Source of the DNA: Planctomycetota bacterium
Lineage (GTDB): Bacteria; Planctomycetota; UBA1135; UBA2386
Length of the DNA: 64,000 nucleotides
Reading direction: 5' to 3'
Assembly: GCA_046290465.1 (NCBI GenBank)
Contig: JBKAGP010000001.1
Coordinates: forward strand, 4,608,001 to 4,672,000
Shown here: positions 1 through 8,000 of the stretch, one piece after another
Position numbering within the stretch: position 1 is the first letter of the stretch
How the letters are laid out: each line of letters begins with the position of its first letter
The notes under the pieces: generated by a model
The model's database searches: none
What the model was told of the DNA's origin: nothing
Seen by the model: only the letters and a program-made list of their open reading frames with translations
Translations under genes and position numbers: made by a program

Positions 1-542
1 CCGACCACGACGTCCGTGCGCGACAGCACGGCGGCCTCGTCGTCGGCCGCGTCGGGCAGGCTGCCGCTCTCGATCAGCGTCAGGCCCTTGTCGCTCTCCC
101 CGATCAGCAGGATGCGGTCCCCGAACTCGACTGCGTGCAGCGCCTGCTTGGTGCCGAGCCGCATCGTCTGGCGCAGCGTCGCCAGCGTCTGCGAGCCCTT
201 CGGAGTGGCGGCGCCGCGCAGCTTCTTGAGGCCGAGCAACGCGACCGCGCCGAGCAGCAGGACGCCGACGAGCGCGCTGCTCATCTTCCACATGTCCGGG
301 GTCCGCGGGACCAGCGAGCCCGGCTTCGCGCCGGTGTCGGTCGAGCCGGCCGCCGGCTCGGGCCGGGACGTCGCCTGCCGCGAAGGCGACGGTTGCGACG
401 TCGACGGTTGGGCCGCCGCAGGCGCGGCGGTCTCGGGGGTGGTCGGTTGGTCGGTCGTGCCGCCGCCCATCGCGAGCGGACCGAGCACGAGCAGCAACGC
501 CACGACCGGGGGAATCAGCAGCCACTTGGGAGTCGACTTCAT
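1..542 (-). CDS. fliO: Flagellar biosynthesis protein FliO-like (partial, runs off window start)
   Basis: Not in the ORF track. Manual minus-strand translation from ATG 542: MKSTPKWLLIPPVVALLLVLG, a Pro/Thr/Ser linker, a second TM (ALVGVLLLGAVALLGLKKL), then LRQTMRLGTKQALHAVEFGDRILLIGESDKGLTLI, matching the FliO pattern. Flagellar context. Confidence 0.7.
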   Translation of the reverse strand, partial: MKSTPKWLLIPPVVALLLVLGPLAMGGGTTDQPTTPETAAPAAAQPSTSQPSPSRQATSRPEPAAGSTDTGAKPGSLVPRTPDMWKMSSALVGVLLLGAVALLGLKKLRGAATPKGSQTLATLRQTMRLGTKQALHAVEFGDRILLIGESDKGLTLIESGSLPDAADDEAAVLSRTDVVV

Positions 543-565
543 GTTGGGCCTCACGCCCTCCCTGA

Positions 566-582
566 AGCACCCGGCGTGCCAA
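566..582 (-). promoter_or_regulatory. Sigma-54 (-24/-12) promoter upstream of fliO
   Basis: Minus strand TTGGCACGCCGGGTGCT (GG-N10-GC), about 23 nt before the ATG. Confidence 0.6.
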
Positions 583-699
583 CCTCCAAACCACAAGATG
601 TAGCGGTCAGATGCGGTCGGCGGCCCACGCAGGCGATGCGGATGCCGACACGTCGTTGTTGCTTCGTACGACACCCGCGACCGCGATACCGTTGGCGCC

Positions 700-891
700 G
701 TGAGCGAACGTTCCCCCGTCGACGACATCCTGCACCGCGTCAACAACCTGCTCGGCACGATCCAGATCCAGTCCGAGGTTGCTCGGTCGATCGGCACGGT
801 CGAGGCGATGACCCAGGCGCTCGACCTCATCGTCGAATCGGCGCGACGGACCGGAGAGGAGTTGCAGGTGCTGCGCGGCCGAGCCGACTGA
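700..891 (+). CDS. Small stand-alone HisKA/DHp-like protein (63 aa)
   Basis: ILHRVNNLLGTIQIQSE resembles an H-box (AHDFNNLL type) followed by a second amphipathic helix. No catalytic domain. Confidence 0.55.
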   Translation: MSERSPVDDILHRVNNLLGTIQIQSEVARSIGTVEAMTQALDLIVESARRTGEELQVLRGRAD

Positions 892-907
892 ACGGCCCGC
901 CGTGCGC

Positions 908-1981
908 TCAGGACTCCGCGTCGCCGTCGTCCGGGCCTTCGGGCTCGGTCGTCGGCTCCGGGGTCAGCTGCTCGAGCTTTTGCGACAGCTGCGGCTCCTC
1001 GCACGGGAAGCCGAGGATCGCATCGGCGCGCGACAAGAACGCCTGGGTGACGCGCTGCCGCGAAGGATGGTGCAGCAGCAGCATGACCCGGGTCGTCTCC
1101 GACAGGTCCTTGATGCGACGGCACCAGTCGAAGCGACGGTCCTCGCCGGGCGGCACGTCGAGCACGACGATCTCGTTGCGGTGCGCGGCAGGATTGGGGA
1201 TCTCGCCGCGGCCATGGCGGGTGAGTTCGAGCCCGACGCGGCGGCAGCTCAGCCGCAGCACGCGCAGCACGTCGCTCTGGATCACGTAGGCGGCCAGCGA
1301 ACCGCGGATCGGCGCCGCCGGGATGTCGTCGAACGTCTCGTCCTCGGGGCGACCGGCGGCCACCTCGGGCGCGGCGCCGACCGGTTCGATCGGCGCGCCG
1401 TTCCAGCGTTCGGCGGTCTCGAGGTCGATCGCGACGAGGCCCTTCGACTCGGGGTACTCGCCGACCTTCATCTTGAACGAGATCGTGACCAGGCGCGCGT
1501 CGCCCAGGACCCCTTCTTCGTCCTTGCCGGGTTCGACGTGTGCCTGACCCTGCATGCGCACGTCGAAGTCCGTGACCCGCTCGCGCAGCACGTTCGAGAA
1601 GCCGGAGTAGAGCACGTTGCCGAGCTCCCCGAACGCCTCGATGTCCTCGCCGTCGAGGGTGTTGGCCTTGCGCCGCTGGGCGATGACGTCCTCGGGGGTC
1701 ATCATCAGCAGGCCGGACATCGCGACCGCGTCCGGCACCTCGAGCAGCGTCAGCATCGAGTGGCCGGAGTAGCCCTTGTCCATCGCGCCGCGCGCGACGC
1801 TGCACGCGCGTGGCAGCGACTCGAGCAGGTCGCTCGGGTCCTGCACGGTGACGGCGCCGCGGTCGACGCGGATGTCGCGGCCGACCAAAGAACTCAGGGT
1901 CTCACCGATCGAGTCGATGGCCTTCTCGAGCAGCGTGCGCAGCTCGGTGTCGGTTCCTTGTTTCAGCGCCGCCGCCGTCAT
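908..1981 (-). CDS. CheC/FliY-family phosphatase domain fused to a degenerate C-terminal receiver domain
   Basis: EAFGELGNV (E-x-x-N motif), LSSLVGRDIRV; C-terminal IVVLDVP...ADAILGFP receiver-like fold; downstream of cheY-cheX. Confidence 0.7.
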   Translation of the reverse strand: MTAAALKQGTDTELRTLLEKAIDSIGETLSSLVGRDIRVDRGAVTVQDPSDLLESLPRACSVARGAMDKGYSGHSMLTLLEVPDAVAMSGLLMMTPEDVIAQRRKANTLDGEDIEAFGELGNVLYSGFSNVLRERVTDFDVRMQGQAHVEPGKDEEGVLGDARLVTISFKMKVGEYPESKGLVAIDLETAERWNGAPIEPVGAAPEVAAGRPEDETFDDIPAAPIRGSLAAYVIQSDVLRVLRLSCRRVGLELTRHGRGEIPNPAAHRNEIVVLDVPPGEDRRFDWCRRIKDLSETTRVMLLLHHPSRQRVTQAFLSRADAILGFPCEEPQLSQKLEQLTPEPTTEPEGPDDGDAES

Positions 1982-2008
1982 GGCTGTTCCGTGTCTACGC
2001 TCCTCGCC

Positions 2009-2494
2009 TCAGGCTTCGAAGTGCACACCGATGTCGACGTGCATGTCCTCGATCTGGACGCGGATGCCCGAGCGCACGCCGCTGACGGCGTCCGAGTTGA
2101 TGTTGACGTTGCCGTGGCGCACGACGTGTGGGACCGACAGGTCCATCTGGTTGCCGTTGGCGACCCACTCGTTCTTGAAGCTGCCGCTGAGCATGTTGAC
2201 GATCTCGCCGAACGCGTCGGCGACCTCTTCGAAGTCGTCGAGGTCGCCCGGTTCCATCATCAGCATCTTGGCTGCCATCGTGCGTGCTAGGTCGTCGCTG
2301 GTGCGGACCACGAACGTGCCGGAGCGGGTGCCGGTGAACCCGAGCAACCCGACCACCTGGTCGTGGAAGATCGACGTGTCCTCGGCGAGTGGCTCGACCG
2401 ACGAGGGCGTCATGAACACCATCGTCTCGAGGATCTCCCACGCGGATTTGCGCAGCGTCTCGACGAGATGCGGTTCGAGGGTCTGGGCAGGCAT
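2009..2494 (-). CDS. cheX: Chemotaxis phosphatase CheX
   Basis: GLLGFTGTRSG and DAFGEIVNMLSGSFK...LSVP motifs; 161 aa; adjacent to cheY. Confidence 0.85.
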   Translation of the reverse strand: MPAQTLEPHLVETLRKSAWEILETMVFMTPSSVEPLAEDTSIFHDQVVGLLGFTGTRSGTFVVRTSDDLARTMAAKMLMMEPGDLDDFEEVADAFGEIVNMLSGSFKNEWVANGNQMDLSVPHVVRHGNVNINSDAVSGVRSGIRVQIEDMHVDIGVHFEA

Positions 2495-2527
2495 CTGACC
2501 TCCTGGTTGTGAGGAAGGACGTGTTGC

Positions 2528-2899
2528 CTACTGCAGCAGCGGGCCGATGACTTCCTGGATCTTCTCGGGCGTGAACGGCTTCTTCAGGTAGCCCTTCGCG
2601 CCGCGGTTCATCGCCTCGCTGATCACCTCTTCGCTGCCCTCGGTCGTGATCATCACGATCGGCGGGGGCGTATCGAGCTTGCCGGTCACCTCGCGCACGA
2701 AGTCGAGGCCGTTCATGTTCGGCATGTTGACGTCGGAGAGGATGAGATCGAATTGACCGCCCTCGACGGCCGCCAGACCTTCGACACCGTCACCGGCTTC
2801 CTTGAACTCGGCGTTGTCGATGCCGGCCTGGCGGATGCCGCGCATGATGATCTTCCGCATCGTGGCGGAGTCGTCGACGATCAGTACGTTCTTCGTCAT
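2528..2899 (-). CDS. cheY: Chemotaxis response regulator CheY
   Basis: Single receiver domain: VLIVDDS, LILSDVNMPNMNG, MITTEG, YLKKPF; start taken at MTKNV. Confidence 0.9.
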   Translation of the reverse strand: MTKNVLIVDDSATMRKIIMRGIRQAGIDNAEFKEAGDGVEGLAAVEGGQFDLILSDVNMPNMNGLDFVREVTGKLDTPPPIVMITTEGSEEVISEAMNRGAKGYLKKPFTPEKIQEVIGPLLQ

Positions 2900-2933
2900 G
2901 GTTGCTCTCTTTGCTGACCTGGGTTGCAACGTG

Positions 2934-2962
2934 CTATCGGTCAGGGAGCAGCCGTGAGTTCA
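2934..2962 (-). promoter_or_regulatory. Putative sigma-28 promoter of the cheY-cheX-cheC operon
   Basis: Minus strand TGAAC-N16-ACCGATAG. Confidence 0.55.
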
Positions 2963-3030
2963 ACCGTTCTGGCATGGCGCCCGTCGCCGCCATGCCATCG
3001 GGAACCCGGCGCGCGATCGCGCGCAGACGA

Positions 3031-3966
3031 TCAGGCGTCGTTGCCCTGGGCGCGATCGAGCTGCGCCTTCAGGCGCGCCATCACGTTGCTGTGGATCTGG
3101 CAGACGCGCGACTCGGTCAGCTCCATGATCTCGCCGATCTCGCGCATCGTCAGGCCCTCGTAGTAGTACATCAGGATGATCAGGCGCTCCTTCTTGGTGA
3201 GCGAGCTGGTGATCATGTCGAGCGCGTCGCGCTGCTGGATCGTGTCGACCGGGTTCGACGACTTGCGATCGGCGAGGATCTCGACCTTCTCGAGCTCCTT
3301 GTCGTCGTCACCGTCGTCCCACTTCTCCGACAGCGAGAAGATGGTCTTGGCGTTGGCCTCGGCCTCGTGCGCCTGCAGCTCCTCCAGCGAGATGCCGAGC
3401 TCCTCGGCAATCTCCGCCTGGTTCGGGTTGCGGCCGAGGCGGCCTTCGAGGGCGCGGATGGCGCGTTCGAGGCGGTGGGCCTTCAGGCGCACCAGGCGCG
3501 GGACCCAGTCCTGCGAGCGCAGCTCGTCGAGGATCGAGCCGCGGATGCGGGTCGTGCAGTAGGTCTTGAACTTGATGCCGCGCGACAGGTCGAAGCCGTT
3601 GATCGCGTCCATCAGGCCGAACGTGCCGGCCGAGCTCAGGTCGTCGACGTCGATCGACTTCGGCAGCGTCTGCAGGACGCGCTCGGCGATCGTGCGGACC
3701 AGCGGCATGTGGTGCTCGATGAGCGTGTTGCGCAGGTTCTCGTCGCGGGTGCGCTTGTAGGTCTTCCAGATGACCTCGAGTTCCGCCTCGGTCAGCGGCT
3801 GGTTGTGCGGCGTCGGGATCGTCGCGCGGGCGGCGCCCGAGTTGGTCGTCGGCTGCTCGGCCTTGCGGCGCGACGGCGCGCGCCGGGTCGTGGCCTTGGT
3901 GGACTTGGCGGACTTGCTCGCGGTGCGGGCGGGCGTGCGACGGGACGAAGTGCGGACAGCGGCCAT
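3031..3966 (-). CDS. fliA: FliA/WhiG-family RNA polymerase sigma-28 factor
   Basis: LIEHHMPLVRTIA, DDLSSAGTFGLMDAINGFD, RIRGSILDELRSQDWVPR, YYEGLTMREIGEIMELTESRVCQIH; start at MAAVRT is inferred. Confidence 0.93.
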   Translation of the reverse strand: MAAVRTSSRRTPARTASKSAKSTKATTRRAPSRRKAEQPTTNSGAARATIPTPHNQPLTEAELEVIWKTYKRTRDENLRNTLIEHHMPLVRTIAERVLQTLPKSIDVDDLSSAGTFGLMDAINGFDLSRGIKFKTYCTTRIRGSILDELRSQDWVPRLVRLKAHRLERAIRALEGRLGRNPNQAEIAEELGISLEELQAHEAEANAKTIFSLSEKWDDGDDDKELEKVEILADRKSSNPVDTIQQRDALDMITSSLTKKERLIILMYYYEGLTMREIGEIMELTESRVCQIHSNVMARLKAQLDRAQGNDA

Positions 3967-4245
3967 GTGTGGACTCCAGCTACGTTGCAGACGGGACGGG
4001 ACGGGACCTGCAGGTCGGGGAGCCTGCAAGCGGATGTCGAGCACGGATGGGGGCTCCGTGGCTCGACGGGTTCGACTCCTGATCTGCGCTGCTCGAATGC
4101 CTCGGAGCGCCTGGGTCCCTGTGTCTGCGTGCCGCGCGTGGCGGGCTGCTGGAATCGAGTCGTGGCTGCGGCGCTGGAGTTGGCGCGTTGCTGTGCGGTT
4201 CGTCGTCCGCGTGCGCCGGTTGTTGTTTGCCGTGTGCCAGACCGT

Positions 4246-4349
4246 GCTTCCTTCGGGGACCAGGCTGCCATGGTCGGTCTGGGGAGACCGGCCGAAGGCC
4301 CTATGGCTTTGCGTCACCGGCTTTCGCCGGCTTTGCCGTTTCGAGAAGC
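4246..4349 (-). ncRNA. Cyclic di-GMP-I (GEMM) riboswitch aptamer in the fliA leader
   Basis: Minus strand GCTTCTCGAAACGGCAAAGCCGGC-GAAA-GCCGGTGACGCAAAGCCATAGGGCC...ATGGCAGCCTGGTCCCCGAAGGAAGC. Shows GGCAAA, a GNRA-capped P2, the GACGCAAAG junction, ATGGCAGCC in P3, and pairing P1 arms. Confidence 0.88.
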
Positions 4350-4407
4350 GACTCGGTGGGAGTCGAGATCACCAAAGAACGGGTCCGCGCGAGCGGACGG
4401 ATTCAGT

Positions 4408-4435
4408 TTATCGGCCGAACCCGGTCAGGAATTGA
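4408..4435 (-). promoter_or_regulatory. Sigma-28 promoter upstream of the riboswitch and fliA
   Basis: Minus strand TCAAT-N15-GCCGATAA with a perfect sigma-28 -10 box. Confidence 0.75.
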
Positions 4436-4538
4436 GCGTCGCCTTGGGAAAAACTTGAGAGCTTCGCGCAACTGTCTGCCGTAATGCCGTTTACGCCCCT
4501 GAAAAACTTGTGGAGCCCGGCCGGGCACCGGGGCTCGC

Positions 4539-5054
4539 TCAGTCGATCGTGATCAGGGACTGGCAGCGCTTGCCGGCCAGCTTGCTCTCGCGGCCCTTCA
4601 GGAACGCCAGCTCGATGACGAACGCGCAGGCCGCGACCTCGCCGCCGCAGGCCTCGACCAGTTCGACCGCGGCGCCCATGGTGCCGCCGGTCGCCAGCAG
4701 GTCGTCGACCAGCACGACCCGTTCGCCCGGCGCTACGGCGTCCTCGTGGATCTCGACCACGTCGGTGCCGTATTCGAGCACGTATTCGATCCGGTTGGTC
4801 TTCCACGGCAGCTTGCCGGGCTTGCGGATCGGCACGAAGCCGACTCCCAGGCGCATCGCCAGCGGCACGCCGAACAAGAAGCCGCGCGACTCGATCGCAG
4901 CGATCTTGTCGACCTTGCCGAAGTCGAGCGCGGCCAGCTGGTCGATCGCCGCCTGCATCGCCTCCGGGGAGGCCAGCATCGGCGTGATGTCCTTGAACAG
5001 GATGCCCGGCTTCGGGAAGTCGGGCACGTCGCGCAGGAACGAGGCGAGATCCAT
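4539..5054 (-). CDS. apt: Adenine phosphoribosyltransferase
   Basis: DFPKPGILFKDITP, IESRGF, RKPGKLP, VLVDDLLATGGT. Confidence 0.97.
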   Translation of the reverse strand: MDLASFLRDVPDFPKPGILFKDITPMLASPEAMQAAIDQLAALDFGKVDKIAAIESRGFLFGVPLAMRLGVGFVPIRKPGKLPWKTNRIEYVLEYGTDVVEIHEDAVAPGERVVLVDDLLATGGTMGAAVELVEACGGEVAACAFVIELAFLKGRESKLAGKRCQSLITID

Positions 5055-5128
5055 GCCAAGATCGTGCCTCGTCGACCTCGCCGAGGCGAGCTTTCGTCGG
5101 CCGGGCCCGCGAGGTCGCGCCGAAAGGC

Positions 5129-6592
5129 CTATTCGCGGCGGGCTGCGGCTCCGTGGCGGGCGCGTTCGTTGCCGCTGACGACGACGGCGCCCGGCATGCT
5201 GGCGAGGTCCGGCCGATCCTCGAGGCCGGCCTTCGCCGGTCCGGCGGCGCGGCGCGGCGGCTGCCCCGAGCCCTGCGGGGCCGGGCGGCGGGTCGTGCCG
5301 GTCGGCGGTGCGGTCCGCTGCGCCGGCTTGCGACCTTCGATCGCGCGCGGGCCGGGCCTGCGGGCTGGTTGGGCGGCGGCCGGGCGCGCCTGGGGGCGTG
5401 CAGGTGCGGTCGGTCGCTGGGCGCGCGGCGGTTGGCCGGTCGCCGGCTTCTGCACCTGGGGCGTGCGGAACCGGTCGAGCGCTTCGGGACGGCGCAGGCT
5501 GCGCGGCGCGTTGGGCTTCTGCGCGGCGGTGCCGCCGTCGGTGACGGTGCGATCACGCAGCGTCTCGTCGGCGCGCAGCATCAGGTAGCCGAGCGACGTC
5601 CGGTTGGTGTCGAGCCACGAGCCGAGCAGGCGTGCGGTGGCGAACACCGGCAGCACCATCAGCGGGCCGACCACCGCGATCTGCACCCAGACGGGGCGAT
5701 CGAGCACCGCGAACGCGACCGCGAAGGCCGGCGCGAACGCGAGCGTCGCCGCCAGCGCGACCACCGGGTAGCCGCGGCCGGCGCGGCGCACCGCGCGCAG
5801 CAGGAACACCGGCGAGAACGCCCGCATGTCGCCGCGCACCTGCCGCAACGCGAACGTCAGCGGCGCGAACACGGCGCCGATCATGAGGCTCGGCAGCGCC
5901 GAGTACCACGGGGCTCCCGCCGCCAGCATCACGGCCGGCAGGGCGAAGTAGCCGCCGACCACCAGCGTCGCGTCGAACGCAAACGAGCGCGCGTCGCGCA
6001 ACAGCCGACCGACCACCGGCAGTTCCGGCACGTCGCCCTCGCCTTCGCTGCTGCGCAGCAGGATCTGGCGCCCCATGGCGGCGACCACGCTCAGCACCGA
6101 CAGGCCGGGCAGCGCCGCGATCGCGGCGAGCAGCAGCAGCGAGCCGCCGGCGGTCAGGAAGCCGCCGACGCCGACGACCAGCGGGAACGCCAGCATCGTC
6201 GTCAGGACGAGCATCGGCATCTGCTGGTGCAGCAGGTACTGGCACGCATCGGTGAGGTGTTCGGCGACGCCCGGCAGCTCGTCGCTGCGTGCGTCGCGCG
6301 AGTCCCTCGCGCTGCGTCCGGCATGGCTGGCTGCCGGCGCCCCGGGATGGTCCTTCTTGCGGCGCTCGGCCGGGCTCAGCAGGGCCCGCTCCGACCGCGC
6401 TCGGCGCTCGTCGTCGTGGATGCGCTGCACACAATGAAGCGCCTCTCCGCGATGGCCCATGGCCTGGCAGACGCTGGCGAGCTCGACCCAGACGTCGTCC
6501 GAGTCGAGCCCCTGCTCGATCGCACGGTGAAGGGTTGCGTAGCGCTGCTGTGGTGTTCCCCCGAACGGGGTGGCATGACTCTCGATATGCAC
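5129..6592 (-). CDS. Hypothetical multi-pass membrane protein with an N-terminal TPR-like motif and a Pro/Arg-rich tail
   Basis: GTG start after AAGGAG; WVELASVCQAMGHRGEALHCVQR is TPR-like; about 6 hydrophobic segments. Confidence 0.7.
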   Translation of the reverse strand: MHIESHATPFGGTPQQRYATLHRAIEQGLDSDDVWVELASVCQAMGHRGEALHCVQRIHDDERRARSERALLSPAERRKKDHPGAPAASHAGRSARDSRDARSDELPGVAEHLTDACQYLLHQQMPMLVLTTMLAFPLVVGVGGFLTAGGSLLLLAAIAALPGLSVLSVVAAMGRQILLRSSEGEGDVPELPVVGRLLRDARSFAFDATLVVGGYFALPAVMLAAGAPWYSALPSLMIGAVFAPLTFALRQVRGDMRAFSPVFLLRAVRRAGRGYPVVALAATLAFAPAFAVAFAVLDRPVWVQIAVVGPLMVLPVFATARLLGSWLDTNRTSLGYLMLRADETLRDRTVTDGGTAAQKPNAPRSLRRPEALDRFRTPQVQKPATGQPPRAQRPTAPARPQARPAAAQPARRPGPRAIEGRKPAQRTAPPTGTTRRPAPQGSGQPPRRAAGPAKAGLEDRPDLASMPGAVVVSGNERARHGAAARRE

Positions 6593-6639
6593 GTACTGCT
6601 CCTTGTTCCTGTTGAAGTTCAGGACACTGCGGCGTTGGC

Positions 6640-6667
6640 ACTTCGGCTCGATCGACGGATTCCTTGA
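6640..6667 (-). promoter_or_regulatory. Putative sigma-28 promoter of the membrane protein-apt unit
   Basis: Minus strand TCAAG-N15-GCCGAAGT. Confidence 0.55.
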
Positions 6668-6710
6668 CGGGCCGGTCCCGGTGCGAGACCGGCGCCGGCT
6701 CGGGTCGGGT

Positions 6711-6738
6711 TGAGGGCGCGCGGCCGAACGGCCGATAG
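6711..6738 (+). promoter_or_regulatory. Putative sigma-28 promoter of the exported protein
   Basis: TGAGG-N15-GCCGATAG, 20 nt before ATG 6759. Confidence 0.6.
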
Positions 6739-6758
6739 CACCGGGTGGAGGCAGCACG

Positions 6759-7934
6759 ATGCGACCCGAACTTCCGACCCTGATCGCGTTCTCGTTCCTG
6801 GCGGCGGCGCCCGCCGCGCAGAACATCATCCCGACGACGATGGACGGCATCGAAGGTGGCGGCGGCACCAACATCCCCTTCGGCGGCAGCCAGGCGTGCC
6901 GCTACCAGGTCGTCTACGACGCCGAGGAACTGCCGTGGACCGGCCCGCTGGTGATCAACGGCATCCGCATCCGACCCGACTTCAACAATGGCGCGGCGTC
7001 GCCGGCGAAGGGCTTCCTCGACATCTCGGTGCTGGTGTCGACGACGCATCGCGACTCGGCGACGTCGTCGTCGGACTTCGACGACAACTACGGCACCGAC
7101 GCGCAGTGGGTGATCGAGAACTCGCTGGTGCAGCTGCCGGCGCAGCCGCCGATCAGCACCGGCAGCGGTCCGCGGCCGGCCAACATCGATCTGCCGTTCA
7201 CGACCCCGTGGATCTACGGCCTGACGCCGGCGACGCAGTCGCTGCCCGCGCCCGACAACCTGCTGGTCGAGATCCACATCCACAGCCAGCCGAGCGGCTC
7301 GTACCGCGTCGACAACCTGAGCAGCTGCACCGCGCCGACGGCGGAGTTCGGCAACGTCGGCCCGGCGTGTTCGTTCACCGGCAACGGCCCGGTGCTGCTG
7401 ACCGGCGACGTCTCGATGCTCGCCGGCGCCAACTACACCTGGCGGGTCGACGATGCGCCGCCGCTGGCGCCGTTCCTGGTCGCGATCAACCTGACCGACC
7501 AGGGCAACGTGTTCAACATCCCCGGCTTTGCGCTGCCCTACCCGCTGTTCGATCCCGCCAACCCGTCGCAGCCGTCGGCGCTGCTGCAGGCTGCGGGTCT
7601 GCCGTGGTCGGCGCCCGACTGCTGGTTCAACGTCGACCCAGCGGCTTCGTACGGCGGCGCGACCGACGCGAACGGCAGCGGTCTGGTCACCGCGGCGCTG
7701 CCGGCGGGCCGCGAGTTCGTCGGCACGACGTTCTACGCGCAGGCGATCGTCTACGCGCAGACCGTCAACCCGCTGCAGTTCGTGACCTCCAAGGGGCGCG
7801 AGACGACCGTTTGCGGCCCGCTGGGGGTCGCCCGGATCTTCAAGTTCTACAACCCCACCGCGGTGCCGGCGCAGCCGGTGCCGACGGCGGGTTCCAAGTC
7901 GCTCGGAGTCGGCTTCGTGATCGAGGTCTACTGA
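6759..7934 (+). CDS. Exported hypothetical protein, beta-rich
   Basis: Signal peptide ending APAAQ; GGAGG RBS; C-terminal FYAQAIV...NPLQFVTSKG segment. Confidence 0.8.
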   Translation: MRPELPTLIAFSFLAAAPAAQNIIPTTMDGIEGGGGTNIPFGGSQACRYQVVYDAEELPWTGPLVINGIRIRPDFNNGAASPAKGFLDISVLVSTTHRDSATSSSDFDDNYGTDAQWVIENSLVQLPAQPPISTGSGPRPANIDLPFTTPWIYGLTPATQSLPAPDNLLVEIHIHSQPSGSYRVDNLSSCTAPTAEFGNVGPACSFTGNGPVLLTGDVSMLAGANYTWRVDDAPPLAPFLVAINLTDQGNVFNIPGFALPYPLFDPANPSQPSALLQAAGLPWSAPDCWFNVDPAASYGGATDANGSGLVTAALPAGREFVGTTFYAQAIVYAQTVNPLQFVTSKGRETTVCGPLGVARIFKFYNPTAVPAQPVPTAGSKSLGVGFVIEVY

Positions 7935-8000
7935 TCTTCGCGGCGGGGGCGGTCGCTGCCCTTGCCCTGGGGCCGGCTGCGGCCGAAACTGCTCGCCCCA

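Noticed and set aside
4246..4349. cGAMP-sensing (GEMM-Ib) variant of the riboswitch
   Set aside because: The specificity position appears to be G rather than A, favouring c-di-GMP.
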